DNA from: Mobula birostris
Lineage: Eukaryota
Length of the DNA: 64,000 nucleotides
Direction of reading: 5' to 3'
Assembly: GCF_030028105.1 (NCBI RefSeq)
Contig: NC_092393.1
Coordinates: 23,787,825 to 23,851,824 of the forward strand
The translations under genes and the position numbers were made by a program. Shown piece after piece: positions 25,263 through 39,783 of this stretch (position 1 is the stretch's first letter; each line of letters starts with the position of its first letter). Under the pieces are notes generated by a model that was not told the origin of the DNA, did not search any database, and saw only the letters and a program-made list of their open reading frames with translations.

Positions 25263-26523
25263 CTGTAAATTCTGGTGTATAAGCTGAGAATTTGGCCCTA
25301 AATTTTGGTACTAAAATTAGGGGGTCGGCTTATACAGAGGGTGCCAACTTTGGGAAAATGAATTCACAGAAAAGAGATTGTATTTATTGGCTGTTTTTGA
25401 GTCAAATTCGTTCCACTGTCGACGCATGAATTCTTTGAATGGTTTGTTTAAACTCACATCTAGTGGCTGGAGCACGGACATCAAACCATCGGGGATGACT
25501 GCATTGTCCGTATTTTCAGCTTTCAATGCTTTTTTTATCTCACCTGACAAGTGCGCTTTGAACATGTCCCATAAAAGTAGCGACTTTTCCTTCCCGAAAC
25601 CTTCGGGATGTCAATGCCACACCTCTTTAACCCACTTCAAGCAACCTGCTTCATGCATCCAGCAGCGTTTTTGGACGTAAACAACAACACCCCGTGGGAA
25701 TTTTCTGAGCAACCTTTGTTTTTTGTCTCAACGCAAGATCACGTCTATTCATAAGTCGAGTGCACCAACTTCGCGTAGCTTTAAAATTTTCTCTGACCTC
25801 ACTGTGTTTTTCGTCCCATTTCAACGCTTGAACTCGAATCATTTCTCTGGTAACAATGTATCCAGACGATCGCTCGTGATTCATCCACTCTAAAATGTTT
25901 TCTTCCAGTTCTGGCCACTGGCATGTTTTTCCACGGTTTGCACATTTCGTCTTTGGCATTTCCCTCAGTGCGTCCTCTGCCTTTCTCCACTCTCTCACTT
26001 GTTTCTCGTTTACACCATACTTCTTAGCAGCTGCAGAATTATTCGTTCCTTCAGCAAAATCAACAACCTTCAGCTTGAAGCCAGCATCACATCACATTTG
26101 TTTTAATCTTTTGTACATGGTGGTCGCAAACTCAATACTGAGTACACGTACTGATCCCACCACTCCGTGTTATGTTTTAACGAGATTACGATGGGCGCTA
26201 AATGGTTTCATGGGGGTTACATTCCAGAGGATTCTTTACCATTGGAGACCTAATCCAAAATTTCCCTCCCTGATTTATTTGTTAAAAATTCGCTTATAAC
26301 GCTCTACAATGTGTAGGCCTGTTTTCTTAGCAGGTACTGGTTCACAAAATTTCCAGGTTCCAGATCCGGCAAAGCTGAGTACCAGCATGTGAGATCTTGT
26401 GATCTTTTCTGGTTAAATCAAAAACCTCTACAAAAGGGGTCGGCTTATACAAAGGTAACATGAAAAAGTCACTTTTTTAACCTTGAAAATGGGGGGGGTC
26501 GGCTTATACTTCGGAATATACGG
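25263..26523 (-). mobile_element. pogo/Tigger-superfamily DNA transposon, internally deleted
   Basis: TA|ctgtaaattctggtgtataagc ... gcttatacttcggaatatacgg|TA. Encodes Brinker/CENP-B-like HTH remnants (VREWRK, WPELE, SWCTRLMNRRDLALRQKT) and the DDE fragment AVIPDGLMSVLQPLDVSLNKPFK. Confidence 0.9.
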
Positions 26524-28284
26524 TATTTATATCTAGGGCATAGGATACAGGAGAATGGAAGGGGAAAGTGCTTAACTAGCCAGTACAGGGTACCCCTGAA
26601 GCCACCCCCCTCAACAACATTTTGAATACTGTTGGTGGGGGCGGGGGGGGAAGAAATAACCTAGCAGAGGTAGATCACAGCAGTCAGGTCTCTGGCACGG
26701 AGTCTGGCTCTGTAACTCAGAAGGGAAGAGGGGTAGAAGAGGCAAGTTGTGGTGATTGGGGATTTATTAGTTAGGGGAGCAAAAGGAAGGTTCTGTAGAC
26801 AGGAGTGAAATTCCTGGTTGGCATGTTACCTCCAGGTGCCAGTGTCCGGGGCATTTTAGATCAAGTACTCGGCATTCATAAGTGGAGGGTGAGCAGCCAG
26901 AATTCGTGGTCCATGTAGGTATCAGTAGCATAGGTAGGAAGAGTGACAAAGTTCTGCAAAGTGAGTTCAGGGAGTTGGTGCTAAGTTAAAGGGCAGGAGC
27001 TCCAGGGTTGTGGTCTCAGCATTGCCACCCATGCCATGTGTTAGTGAGGCCAGAAGTAAGGAGATTATACAGTTTTCATGTGGCTAAGGATTTGGTGTAG
27101 GAGGGAGGGCATCAGAGTTTTGGATCATTGGGCTCTCTTTCAAGGAAGGTACAACCTTGACAGAAGACACCATTTGCACCTGCATGATGGTGGGGCGGGG
27201 GGGGGGGGGGTGGAAAAGGCAGATGAGCTCAGACCATGGATCAAGACGTAGAATTATGATATTGTAGCCATTAGCGACACTTGGACACTTGGTTGTAAGA
27301 GAGGCAGGACTGGAAGCTCAACATTCCAAGGTTCCGTTGTTTTAGACACAATAGAGCAGGAGGGATGGGAGGGAGGGGCGGGATGGTGCCTTTACTAGTC
27401 CAGGAAAAGGTCACAGTAGTGCTCAGTCAGGACAGACTGGAGAACTTGTCTAGTGAGGCTTTACGGGTAGAACTGAAGAAAAAGAAAGGTATGATCACAT
27501 TAATGGGGCTACATTATAGATCACACAATAGTCTGCAGGATTTAGAGGAATACATTTGTACAGAAATCTGAAGACTGTTGTAAGAAACATAAGAATGAGA
27601 TAGTAACTGATTTTAACTTTCCACATTGACTGAGACTCCCATACTATAAAATGACTAGATGGGATACAGTTTGTCAAATGTGTTCAGGCAAGTTTCCTTA
27701 ATCAGTACAGAGGTCCCAATGAGAAAATGTGTGATATCTGATCAGCTATTACGGAATGAGACAGGGCAGGTGACAGAATTTTATGTAGGGGAATACTTTA
27801 CATCTAGTTCCAAAGTAAATATGGAAAAAAGATAGGTGTGGTCTGCAGGTTAAGATTCTAAATTGGAGAAAGGCCAATTTTGATGGTATCAGAAAAGACC
27901 TGGCAAGTATGGACTGGGACAGGATGTTTTCTGGCAAAGGTGTACTTGGTAAGTCGGAGGCCTTCAAATATGACATTTTGAGAGTACAAAGCTCGTATAT
28001 GCGCCTGTCAGAATAAAAGGCAAGGTTAACAGGTTTAGGGGACCTTGGTTTTCAAGAGATATTGAGACCACAGGGTTAAGGAAAAAAAAAACTACATAGC
28101 AGGTATAGTTAGGCAGGAACAAATAAAGTACTTGAAGAACATGTGAACACTTAAGAAAGACATCAGGAGGGCTAAAAGAAGGCATGAGGCTGCCCTAGCA
28201 AACAAGGTGAAGGAAACCAAAGGGATTCTACAGCATGTTAAAAGTAAAAGGATGGCAAGGAACAAAATTAGTCCTCTGGAAGAT

Positions 28285-30865
28285 ACAAGACCATAAGACC
28301 ATAAGACAAAGGAGCAGAAGTCAGCCATTTGGCCCATCAAGTCTGCTCCGCCATTTTATCATGAGCTGATCCATTCTCCCATTTAGTCCCACTCCCCCGC
28401 CTTCTCACCATAACCTTTGATGCCCTGGCTACTAAGATACCCATCAACCCCTGCCTTAAATACACCCAATGACTTGGCCTCCACTGCTGCCCATGGCAAC
28501 AAATTCCACAGATTCACCACCCTCTGACTAAAAAAAAATTTCTTCGCATTTCTGTTCTGAATGAGCGCCCTTCAATCCTCAAGTCATGCCCTCTCGTACT
28601 AGACTCCTCCATCATGGGAAACAACTTTGCCACATCCACTCTGTCCATGCCTTTCAACATTCGAAATGTTTCTATGAGGTCTCCCCTCATTCTTCTAAAC
28701 TCCAAGGAATATAGTCCAAGAGCGGACAAACGTTCCTCATATGTTAACCCTCTCATTCTCGGAATCATTCTAGTGAATCTTCTCTGTACCCTCTCCAACA
28801 TCAGCACATCCTTTCTTAAATAAGAAGACCAAAACTGCCCACAGTACTCCAAGTGAGGTCTCACCAGTGCCTTATAGAGCCTCAACATCACATCCCTGCT
28901 CCTATACTCTATTCCTCTAGAAATGAATGCCAACATTGCATTCGCCTTCTTCACCATCAACTCAACCTGGAGGTTAACCTTAAGGGTATCCTATACGAGG
29001 ACTCCCAAGTCCCGTTGCATCTCTGAATTCTCTCCCCATTTAAATAATAGTCTGCCCATTTATTTCTTCTGCCAAAGTGCATAACCATACACTTTCCAAC
29101 ATTGTATTTCATTTGCCACTTCCTTGCCCATTCTTCCAATCTATCCAAGTCTCTCTGCAGACTGTTTCCTCAGTACTACCGGCCCCTCCACCTATCTTCG
29201 TATCGTCAGCAAACTTAGCCACAAAGCCATCTATTCCATAATCCAAATTGTTGATGTACAATGTAAAAAGAAGCAGCCCCAACACTGATCCCTGTGGAAC
29301 ACCACTGGTAACCGGCAGCCAGCCAGAATAGGATCCCTTTATTCCCACTCTCTGTTTCCTGCCAATCAGCCAACACTCTATCCACGTATGTAACTTTCCT
29401 GTAATTCCATGGGCTCTTATCTTGTTAAGTAGCCTCATGTGTGGCACCTTGTCAAAGGCCTTCTGAAAATCCAAATATACAACATCCACTGCATCTCCCT
29501 TGTCTAGCCTACTGGTAATTTCCTCAAAAAATTGTAATAGGTTTGTCAGGCAGGATTTTCCTTTAAGGAATCCATGTTGAGTTCTGCCTATCTTGTCATA
29601 TGCCTCTAGCTACTCTGTAACCTCATCCTTGACAATCAACTCCAACAACTTCCCAACCACCGATGTCAAGCTAACAGGTCTATAATTTCCTTTTTGCTTC
29701 CTTGCCCCCTTCTTAAATAGCGGAGTAACATTTGCAATCTTCCAGTCCTCTGGAACCATGCCAGAATCTATCGACTTTTGAAAGATCATCACTAATGCCT
29801 CCGCAATCTCCACAGCTACTTCCTTCAGAACATTAGGGTGCATTCCATCTGGTCCGGGAGATTTATCTACCTTTAGACTATTCAGCTTCCGGAGTACTTT
29901 CTCTGTCGTAATTGTGACTGGGCACACTTCTCTTCCCTGCCACCCTTGAGTGTCCGGTATACTGCTGATGTCTTCCTCAGTGAAGACTGATGCAAAATAC
30001 TCATTCAGTTCCTCTGCCATCTCCTTATCTCCCATTACAATTTCTCCAGCATCATTTTCTATCAGTCCTATATCTACCTTCACCTGTCTTTTACTCTTCA
30101 TATACTTGAAAAAGCTTTTAGTATCCTCTTTGATATTATTTGCTAGCTTCCTTTCATAGTTAATCTTTTCCCTCTTAATGACCTTCTTAGTTTCCTTTTG
30201 TAAGCTTTTAAAAACGTCCCAATCCTCTGTCTTCCCACTAATTTTTGCTTCCTTGTATGCCCTCTCCATTGCTTTAACTTTGGCTTTGACTTCTCTTGTC
30301 AACCATGGTTGCATCCTTTTTCCATTCGAAAATTTCTTCTTTTTTGGAATATACCTGTCTTGCACCTTCCTCACTCCTCGCATAAACTCCAGCCACTGCT
30401 GCTCTGCCGTCTTTCCCGCCAGTGTCCCTTTCCAGTCAACTTTGGCCAGTTCCTCTCTCATGTCACTGTAATTTCCTTACTCCACTGAAATACCGACACA
30501 TCAGATTTCGGCTTCTCTTTTTCAAATTTCACAGTGAACTCAATCATGTTATGATCACTGCCTCCTAAGGGTTCCTTCACCTCAATCTCTCTAATCACCT
30601 CTGGTTCATTACACAATACCCAATCCAGTACAGCCGATCCCCTAGCGGGCTCAACAACAAGCTGTTCTAAAAAGCCATCTCACAGACATTCTACAAATTC
30701 TCTCTCTTGAGATCCAGTGCTGACCTGATTTTCCCAATCCACTCGCACGTTAAAATCCTCAATTATCATAACACTGCCCTTCTGACAAGCCTTTTCTATT
30801 TCTTGTTGTAATTTGTAGTCCACATCACTGTAGCTGTTTAGAGGCCTATAAATAACTGCCATCAG
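28285..30865 (-). mobile_element. Young 5'-truncated CR1 LINE inserted in the plus-strand CR1
   Basis: Long ORF2 segments (KSPGPDG, NYRPVSLTS, YLDFQKAFD, GVPQGSVLG, KFADDTK, RPHLEYC) and a (TCTTATGG)n tail. Confidence 0.96.
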
Positions 30866-32040
30866 GCAGTTATTTGGGGGAGATCTTAAATGGATTTTTT
30901 GCATTTGTAGTGCAAAATCTTGGGAGATGGACAGAGTCTATCGAATGAGGCAAAGCAGCAGTGAGGTCAGGAACCCTATACAGATTACAGAAGAGGTGGT
31001 ATTTACTGTCTTGAGGCATATTAGGGTGGGCAAATCCCAAGTCCTTTGTTGTTTGTCATCTATATCAACACTCTGTATGAAAATGTGGTTGAACAGAAAA
31101 GCAAATTTGTGGATGACACCAAGATTGGGAGTGCAGTGGATAGCGAGGAAGGCTATCATGGCTGGCAGCAGGATCTGGACCAGCTGGCAAAATTGCAGAC
31201 GGAATTTAAGGCAGACAGGTGTGAGGTGTTGCACTTTGGTAGGACCAACCAGGGTAGGAGTTACACAGCGAACGGTAGGGCACTGAGAACAAAGGAATCT
31301 GGGAATACAGGTACATAATTAATTTAAAGTGGCAATACAGGTAGATAGGACCGTAAAGAAAGCTTTTAGCACATTGGCCTTCATAAATCAAAGTACTGAG
31401 TACAGGAGCTGGGATGCTTTGGTGAAGTTGTACAAGACTTTGGTTAGGCCCAATTTGGAATATTGTGTGCAGTTTTGGTCACCTACCTACAGGAAAGATG
31501 TAAATACATTTGATAGGGAACAGCGAAAATTTGTAAGGGCGTTGCCAGTACTGGAGGACCTGAGCTATAAGGAAAGATTGAATAGGTTAGGACTTTGTTC
31601 CTTGGAACGTAGAAGACTGAGGGAGATTTGACAGAGATATACAGAATTTTAAGGGGTATAGAAAGAGTATATATAAGCAGGCTTTTGCCATTGAGGTTGG
31701 GTGCGACTACAACTGGAGGTCATGGCTTAAAGATGAAAGGTGAAATGTTTATTGTCAAGTTCCCCTTAAACTTCTTCACCGAGAGGATTCTGAGACTATG
31801 AAATCAGCTGCCAGCACAAGTGGCACAGGTATGCTCAATTTTGATGTTTTCAGAGAAGTTTGGACAGGTACGTGGATGAGAGAGGTATGCAGGGCTATAG
31901 TCTGGGTGTAGGAAGATGGTATTAAGTAATTTAAATGGTTCAGCATGGACTAGATAGGGCAAAGGGCCTGTTCCTGTGCTGTACTTTTCTATGACTCTGT
32001 GACTATCTATACTCCTCAATTTTGTATACCTCTATCAATT

Positions 32041-34915
32041 AGACCATAAGATATACAGAAGAAGTAGGCCTTTTGGCCCTTCAGGTCTTCTCTACTATTT
32101 CATCTTGGCTGATCCATTTCCCTCTCAGCCCCAATCTCCTGCCTTCTCCCCACAACCCTTCATGTCGTGATTAATCAAGAATCAGTCAACCTCTGTCTAA
32201 AATATGCCCAATAACTTGGCCTGTAGCAACGAATTCCACAGATTCACCACTCTTTGGCTAATGAAATTCCTCATCTCCATTCTAAATGGACATCCCTCTA
32301 TTCAAAGGCTGTACCTTCTCCACATAGACTCCTCCACCAAAGCAAACACCCTCCCCACATCCACTCTGTTCAATAGGTTTCAATTATGTTACCCCACATT
32401 TGTCCAAATTCCAGCGAGATGAAGCCAAAGCCATCAAATGCCCCTCATATGATAAGCCTTTCAATTCCAGAACCTCCTTTGAACCCCCTCCAATGTCAGC
32501 ACATCCTTTTTAGATAAAGGGACCAAAATTGCTCACAATACTCCAAATTAGCCTTGCCAATGCCTTATAAAGCCTCAACATTATATTCTTGCTTTTATAT
32601 TCTAGTCCTCTCGAAATGAACGATAACATTGCACTTGCCTTCCTCACTGCAGACTCAACCCTTAGGGAATCTTGCATGAAGACTCCCAAGTCCCTTTGTA
32701 CCTCAGATTTTTGAATTTTCCCTCCAGTTAAAAAAAATCTACTCTTTTAGTTCTTCTGCCAGAGTGCATGTCCATACACTTCCCGACACTGTATTCTGTT
32801 TGTCACTTCTTTGCTAATTCTCTTAAGTCCTTCTGTAGCCTCCCTGCTTCAACACTACATGCCCCTCCACCTATCTTCGTATCGTGCACAAAGCCATCAA
32901 TTCTGTCATCCAAATCATGGACATATAATGTAAAAAGTAGTCCCAACATAGACCCCTGGGGAACACCAACTGGAAAAGGCTCCCTTTCTTCACAGTCTTT
33001 CCCTCCTGCCAATCTGCCATTGCTCTGTCCATGCTGGCATCTCTCCTGTAATACATTGGGTTCTTCACTTGTTAAGCAGTCTCACGTGTGGCACTTCTGA
33101 AAATCCAAGTATATAACATCCATGATTCTCCTTTGTCTGTCCCGCTTGTTATTTCTTCAAATTGCAATAGATTTGTCAGGCAAGACTTTGTCTTCAGGAA
33201 AACATGCTGACTTTGGCCAATTTATCATGTACCTTCAAGTACCCTGAAGCCACAGTCTTAACAATTAACTCCAATGTCTTCCCAACCACTGAGATCAGAC
33301 TAACTGACCTATAATTTTCTTTCTTCTGCCTCTATCCATTCTTGAAGAATGGAGTGATATTTGCAATTTTCCAGTCCTCCAAAACTATGCCAGAATCCAT
33401 TGATTCTTGAAAGATCATTACTAATACCTCCACTATCTCTTCAGCCACCTTTCAGATATCTGGGTTGTTGACCATCTGGTCCAGGTGACTTACCTAACTT
33501 CAGACCTTTCAGTTTCCGAAGCACTTTCTCCCTCATAATGGCAACTTCACTGGCTTCTGCCCCCTGACACTCTCAAATGTCTGGCATACAGATCATGTCT
33601 ACCACAGTGAAGAATGATGCAAAATAGTTATTCAGTTAGTTCACCATTTCCTCGTCCCCCATTACTACCTCTCCAGCACAATTTTGTAGTGATCCTCTGT
33701 TCTCGCCTCACTTTTACACTTGATATAGCTGAAAAAACTTTTAATATTATTGGCTAGCTCACCTTTGTATTCCATTTTTTCCTTCTTTATGACTTTTTAG
33801 TTGTCTTCTGTTGGTTTTCAAAAAGCTTCCCAATCCTCTACCTTCCCACTAATTTTTGCTCTATTACGTTTCCTCTCTTTGGCTTTTATGGTGGCTTTGA
33901 CTTCACTTGTCAGCCACAGTAGTATTATCCTGCTTGGCTATCACCCCTGCTACTGTTCCCTTCCAATCAACTTTGGCCTCGTCCTCTCTCATGCCTTTGT
34001 AATTCCCTTTACTCCACTGTAATACCAATGATACATCTGACTTTAGCTTAGTCTTCTCAAATTGGAGGGTGGAGTCTATATATTATGACCACTGTCTTCT
34101 AAAGGTTCCTCTTCCTTAAGCCCTTTAACCAATTCTGGTTGATTGCACAACGCCCTAACCAGAATCACTGATCCCCAGTGGGCTCAACCATGAGCTGCTC
34201 TAAAAATCCACCTTGTAGACATTCCACAAAATCCCTCTCTTGGTATCCAGCACCAATCTGATTTTCCCAACCTACCTGCATATTGAATTCCCCAATGACT
34301 ACTGTAAAATTGACCTGTTGACACGTACTTTCTATCTCACATTGGAATTTGTGGACCACATATTTGCTACTGTTTGGAAGTTTGTATACAACTCCCATCA
34401 GGGTCTTTTTACTTTTGCAGTTTCTTAGCTCTACTCACAATGATTCAACATTTTCCGATCCTACATCACCTCTTTCTAATGATTTGGTTTCATTTTTTAA
34501 CCAACCCCACCCCACTCCATAGGCCTACCTACAAGTCCTTTCGACACACTGTGTATTCTTGGACATGAAGTCCCAGCTATAATCTTCTTTCAGCCATGGT
34601 TCAGTGATGCCCCCAATGCCATTCATGCTAATCTGTAACAGTGCTACAAGATAATCAATCTTATTCTGTATACTATGTGCATTTAAATACATCACCTTCA
34701 ATCCTGTATTCATCACCTTTTTTAACGCAAACAACAGGAATTCTGCAGATGCTGGAAATTCAAGCAACACACATCAAAGTTGCTGGTGAATGCAGCAGGC
34801 CAGGCAGCATCTCTAGGAAGAGGTACAGTTGACGTTTCAGGCCAAGACCCTTTGTCAGGACTAACTGAAGGAAGAGTTAGTAAGAGATTTGATTTGATTG
34901 CCTTTCTTGCTGTTC
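32041..34915 (-). mobile_element. Older CR1 LINE (ORF2), 5'-truncated
   Basis: MYLNAHSIQNK endonuclease start, GVPQGSMLG, DTKIGG and tcttatggtct tail. Many indels. Confidence 0.9.
34724..34890 (-). mobile_element. Single-arm Penelope pseudo-LTR fragment with mutated hammerhead core
   Basis: Same arm as the palindromes but no inverted copy. Minus strand reads TAGTC-CTGACAA-AGGGTCTTGGCCT-GAAA-CGTC-AACTG. Confidence 0.85.
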
Positions 34916-36015
34916 ACTTGCTTTCATCCACAAATTTGCTAAGCCAGTTTAGAAGTAAGTTATACAAGGAACTTGAGAGCACAACCATACTTTTCAAGGC
35001 TACACTTCAAGGCTGGGATGAATTCAAACTTCAGATTATTTTAGCAGCTGACCAATTCCTGAAAATACCTTGATGATGATATTGTGTTGGAAATAGTGGC
35101 TCAGGAACTATTAATTTCAATTCTTTAGTCCCCATGTATTATTCCTACAGCAAGGCATTTGCGAATGGGGTGTAGTGCAGTTCTGAAATGGATTTTGTTG
35201 ATGATTAAGATAGGAATTATCAAGATTTAGTTACCCATTACTTTTTCATAAAGGACTGAGATTGCTGTAATGCAACTTGATTGATTCATAGGCAAGCACT
35301 GCATAACCAGAAGGCAACCTTTGAAAAATGAACAAAGGGGCAGCTGCAACGAGCAAAATCAGTGTACAAAACTTTACATATCATTTTGCGTGGAGTGAAG
35401 CTTCCACATTCTCTTGCAGTCTAAACAGTTCCTCCCACCAATCCGGGGAATGGTGGAGATGATGTCAGAGTTATTTTCAAAGCTGGAGCACTGCAACTTG
35501 CTAAAATGGAAACAAATATGTTAGCATCCATGCTTCAATGATTTGTGTTGAAAAATCTGAAGATAGTACTTCAGATTACATTAACAACCTGCTGAATAAT
35601 GTATTAGACCAACTCCATCAAGGAGGTGTGCTCACTTGTCTGCACAATTCCTTTTGATCCCATAGAACTTCAGGCTGAAACAAAAAGTGCTGCATTAGCA
35701 AAACAATTGACAAAAATTGGCTTGAAATAATTTCCTTTTGAATAACTTTAATTAAATTATAATCAATGAAAAATAATTATCTGGCTTGAAAACCCTACTT
35801 CTTTCCCCTCAGGAATGATCAATTGTTCTATTACCATTCCACAGTGATGGCACATTGACAACCAGAAGGCAGAGGCCAACCCTATTCGTACAGTGCTGGA
35901 ACCCTCCCACCAGCTCGATAACTAACTCTGGTTCAGCCACATGATTCAGGCCACCTTTCATAAACAATATATGCCTACAGTTGGTATGATTTGGGGTTCA
36001 ACCAAACAGGAGCAT

Positions 36016-37091
36016 TGTGATGTTCTGATTAAAGAAACCTTGATTTGAGCAAATGCCATGCAAATACTGCCCTTACACAATTATTGGTTGGCAAAGAATA
36101 ACAAATTGTACAGCGCATAAAATTATAAAGAAAACATATTTAACAATTTTCAGCTTTATCAGTTAACAGGAAGAAAAGGGCCCATTACAGTTGAACCAGT
36201 CCAATGTGCACATAAACGTTGGAGCTCATACTGTAGTATTCAGGGGTGTAATTCTTACTCACTTGCTGGACCCACCACATTCTAAACTCCCCTCAAGGTC
36301 TCAGTCTCTCACTCTCATATTGGCCCTTCCTCCTTGGAGCCATTCATCTGCACAAAGCACTTCTTGCAACAGGGACTCTCCTTCCAACAGCATTTTGCAG
36401 CATCTTCCCCTCTGTCCCACTCCACAATTCCCACCAAAAGATAACAAACCAGACTACTGTCAGTCACCATTCTCTCCCAAGCCTGCTCTCTCCAGAACCT
36501 TCTCCCACCATCCTGATTGGCTGACACAACATTCCTAAGTTGAAAAGGTGAGTGAATTTGGCCTTTTCTCCTTGGATCGGCGGAGGATGAGAGGTGACCT
36601 GATAGAGGTGTATAAGATGATGAGAGGCATTGATTGTGTGGATAGTCAGAGGCTTTTTCCCAGGGCTGAAATGGCTAACACAAGAGGGCACAATTTTAAG
36701 GTGCTTGGAAGTAGGTACAGAGATATCAGAGGTAAGTTTGTTGTTTTTTCTCCCTCGCAGAGAGTGGTGAGTGCGTGGAATGGGCTGCTGGCAATGTGGT
36801 GGAGAAGATACGATAGGGACTTTTAAGAGACTCCTGGATAGGTACATAGAGCTTAGAAAAATAGAGGGCTATGGGTAACCCTAGGTAATTTCTATAGTAA
36901 GTACATGTTCAGCACAGCATTATGGGCCGAAGGGCCTGTATTGTGCTGCAAGTTTTCTATGTTTCTAACATGGCTTCTTATCTTTAGCCAAAACCAAAAC
37001 ATTCTACCAGCAGGACACACTGCTTTTGCAGAAAAATGCTAAAGTGAAATACCTATAGCATAGCAGTAGAAATCTTAACCAGGGCATTACA
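36016..37091 (-). mobile_element. Probable solo LTR-like element interrupted by a CR1 3' end
   Basis: Imperfect inverted termini tgtgatgttctgattaa / ttaaccagggcattaca. Related to 3163-3640. Confidence 0.5.
36535..36968 (+). mobile_element. CR1 3' fragment
   Basis: GLFSLDRRRMRGDLIEVYK, QRVVSAWN and a ttctatgtttcta tail. Confidence 0.92.
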
Positions 37092-37679
37092 GTGGGTAAA
37101 GTAGATGCTGAAGCTGGATGTCTTCCTAAAAGTTCTTTCCCAGGAAAGACTGCTTTTGAATGCCACATTAACAATGCTGCAGTCTAGAAATTTGCTATGG
37201 ACCCGAGGTGAGAATATTACCTGAGAGCATGTGATGTGGGCAGAAAAGTTCCCGAGGCCAAGACTTTAAACTCTGGGTTACCTCTGGCACTGTCATGTGA
37301 CAAGACAACATTATGCTGACCTTCTTGTGGTAAAAGCATACAGGCCTAAATTAATCGCACCCAATGAATGGCACAAAATAGCTGTCTGTTCCATATGCTT
37401 ACAGCATTGTATGGTGGGGCAAAGCTCTGTTTCCACTGAAGAGCAACATACTTATAATGGAGATTAACCTGCTACTGGCTCATAGGTAATAGAGCTTTGA
37501 TGACATTAATCGAAAACTCCTTGGTGACACAAATCTGAAATGTGATGGTACCAAAGTGTTAATGGTGGATAGCACAGAGATGTTCATCACCTTTATGGTA
37601 GGACTGATAATCTCATGATTCTGCATGGCCTCCGATGAAACACAGGAAATTAGCTCAACAGATGTAGATTAGAAAACAT

Positions 37680-38055
37680 TCTGACTGGCTGCAGAGGATT
37701 GCAAACCCAGCCAAATCCATCACAGGCATGACAGAGGAAGTCCCACAAGACGGCAGCATCCATCATTAAGGACCCTCACCACCTGAGCATATCTCTGGTG
37801 GTGACGGTCTTCTCATTACTACCATTATTGCTGAGGAGTTACCAGAGCCCAAGGACCTATACTCAATGTTTTGAAACAGCTTCTTCCATCAACTGACTTA
37901 TGTATGCCCCACAACACTAGAGTTTTATTTCTCCTGTTCATTATTTAGTTTTGAAACTTGTAATTATTGTTATGCTTGCTTGCACTGTACTGCTACCTCA
38001 AAACACTCCATTTCACAGCACATATCAATGATAATAAATCTGGTTCTGATTCCAA
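37680..38055 (+). mobile_element. Rex1/Babar 3' fragment
   Basis: gcagcatccatcattaaggaccctcaccacc (AASIIKDPHH), aacagcttcttcc, and terminal gataataaatctggttctgatt. Confidence 0.65.
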
Positions 38056-39783
38056 TTCCATCCTCCAGGTCATCTTAGTACGTGACTGGACGGATAACAT
38101 GCCAAGTATTTCACGGAGCCTCTCTACACATTCTTCTGAGTACTTCCCTCACATATGGATGATTTAATAATTCATCTATTAATCAATACTAGTGACTACA
38201 CTTTTTTTGTAAATTTTAATGCTTTATACACAATATTTCTGCACTGACCTCCAACCAATAAAAAAAACCTTTAAAAATGTCCTATTTTTATTTGGAATGG
38301 TTACTACAGCTTTTAAAGAGGTGAAATTTCTTCTATGGTCCTTGATATGCTCTTCCTTTGATTTGCTATACAATAGGTTGCTCACTGTGAGCTTATACAC
38401 ATACTGTATTCTGACTCTACCTCACCAGTTAACAATGTTGCAAATAATATTCTAAATTAAGCACACATTGATATTTCTGTCAACTGGTACTTGACTCCAT
38501 TAAATATTCAGAAACTTTTGCAAGAAAAATAGCCAACTTCCAACTGCTCCCAATGTTTCAAACTTGGCATTCATTCCAACATAGGAAATGATGTATTCTC
38601 CATTTGACTCTCTGTTAAAATGGGCTTTTCCTATCTCAGTGTAAAATCAAATGACTATTTCTCCAAGATTTGAATATCAAAAACAGGTCTCAAATGCACA
38701 GCAAGAACCAATGATATTTACAGTTCATCAAAATACATTGTACTACACGCTTCTGGCACAGTAATACAGATCAATTGTTATAAAATACAAAATATTAAAG
38801 TTTCATAATATAGATTGGCTTTTTATTGACTACCGACATATAATGCTCTAAGTTTCTGATATTTCGAATGAGTTAATGGACTTTCAGGAATTTCAGGCAA
38901 TGAAAGCCTTGTAGTATTTATTGTTTTATCCAGTTTCCCCAAGAGCATTAATAATCAGATTATGACTTAAGGGTATATAATTAATAAGGCACAGAAAGGA
39001 GGCCATTTTGTACATCACAATTACACCAGCACCTAGTAGAGAAATCCCATTTGTCTCATTTCCCTATTCTTTCCATAAATGGAAACAGGCCTAAGGAGAA
39101 AGGTATAAAGAGATAGTTACAGGGAGAGAGGATTTGTTGAGAAGTGATACTGAGAGATGAATAAAGGAGGGGAAAAACCGAAAGAAAGAAAGCAAGCGAT
39201 GGACAGATCTACTGTACAGCTTATGTGGTAGGAATGAATGCTGGTGATGTTATCAGCATTTACTGTTATGAAAGAATATTGTGGATAGTAATTTATAATA
39301 TTTATAAATGTGCACTTAAACATGCAGATCCAAGAAGTTACTGTTCAGGTTGTCCTGCTCCTCCATAATATTTGCCTCATTTTACTACCTAGCAAAAGAC
39401 AAGGAACATATGGCAACATGATCAAGGAAAACAATCCTCAGAAAAAGCTAGGGCTTGTCCATTCCAGTGCTTACATTTCTACTTCAACTTTCTCTCTTAA
39501 TTATTGCCTAATGGCCTCTTTGACAAAGTAATAAACACAATACCTCATTTTTCAAATTTAAACTATTGTTGGAGACAAAGTTCCACAAAAAGTAATGTAT
39601 TTTTACTATCTATGTTCTCTTTATCATCTACTTTTCCCCTTTTGCAAGAATATAAATAAAGTTACAAGGACTGTCAACCTTTTCCAAGGGTGGTCTGCAG
39701 GCTAGCGGAGGGAAGGCACGCCCTATTCTTCCTTTGGTAGAGCTGCATCCCACATTGCTATATACCATATCCAAAAGGAAGCA

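Larger units (their letters stand above)
24750..32002 (+). mobile_element. Near full-length but decayed CR1 (5' UTR, ORF1, ORF2), split by pogo and CR1 insertions
   Basis: 5' gccaatcagc boxes, a CxxC ORF1 remnant, esterase remnant, endonuclease remnant, SKFVDDTKIG and VRPNLEYCVQFWSP, and a ttctatgactctgtga tail. Confidence 0.88.
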
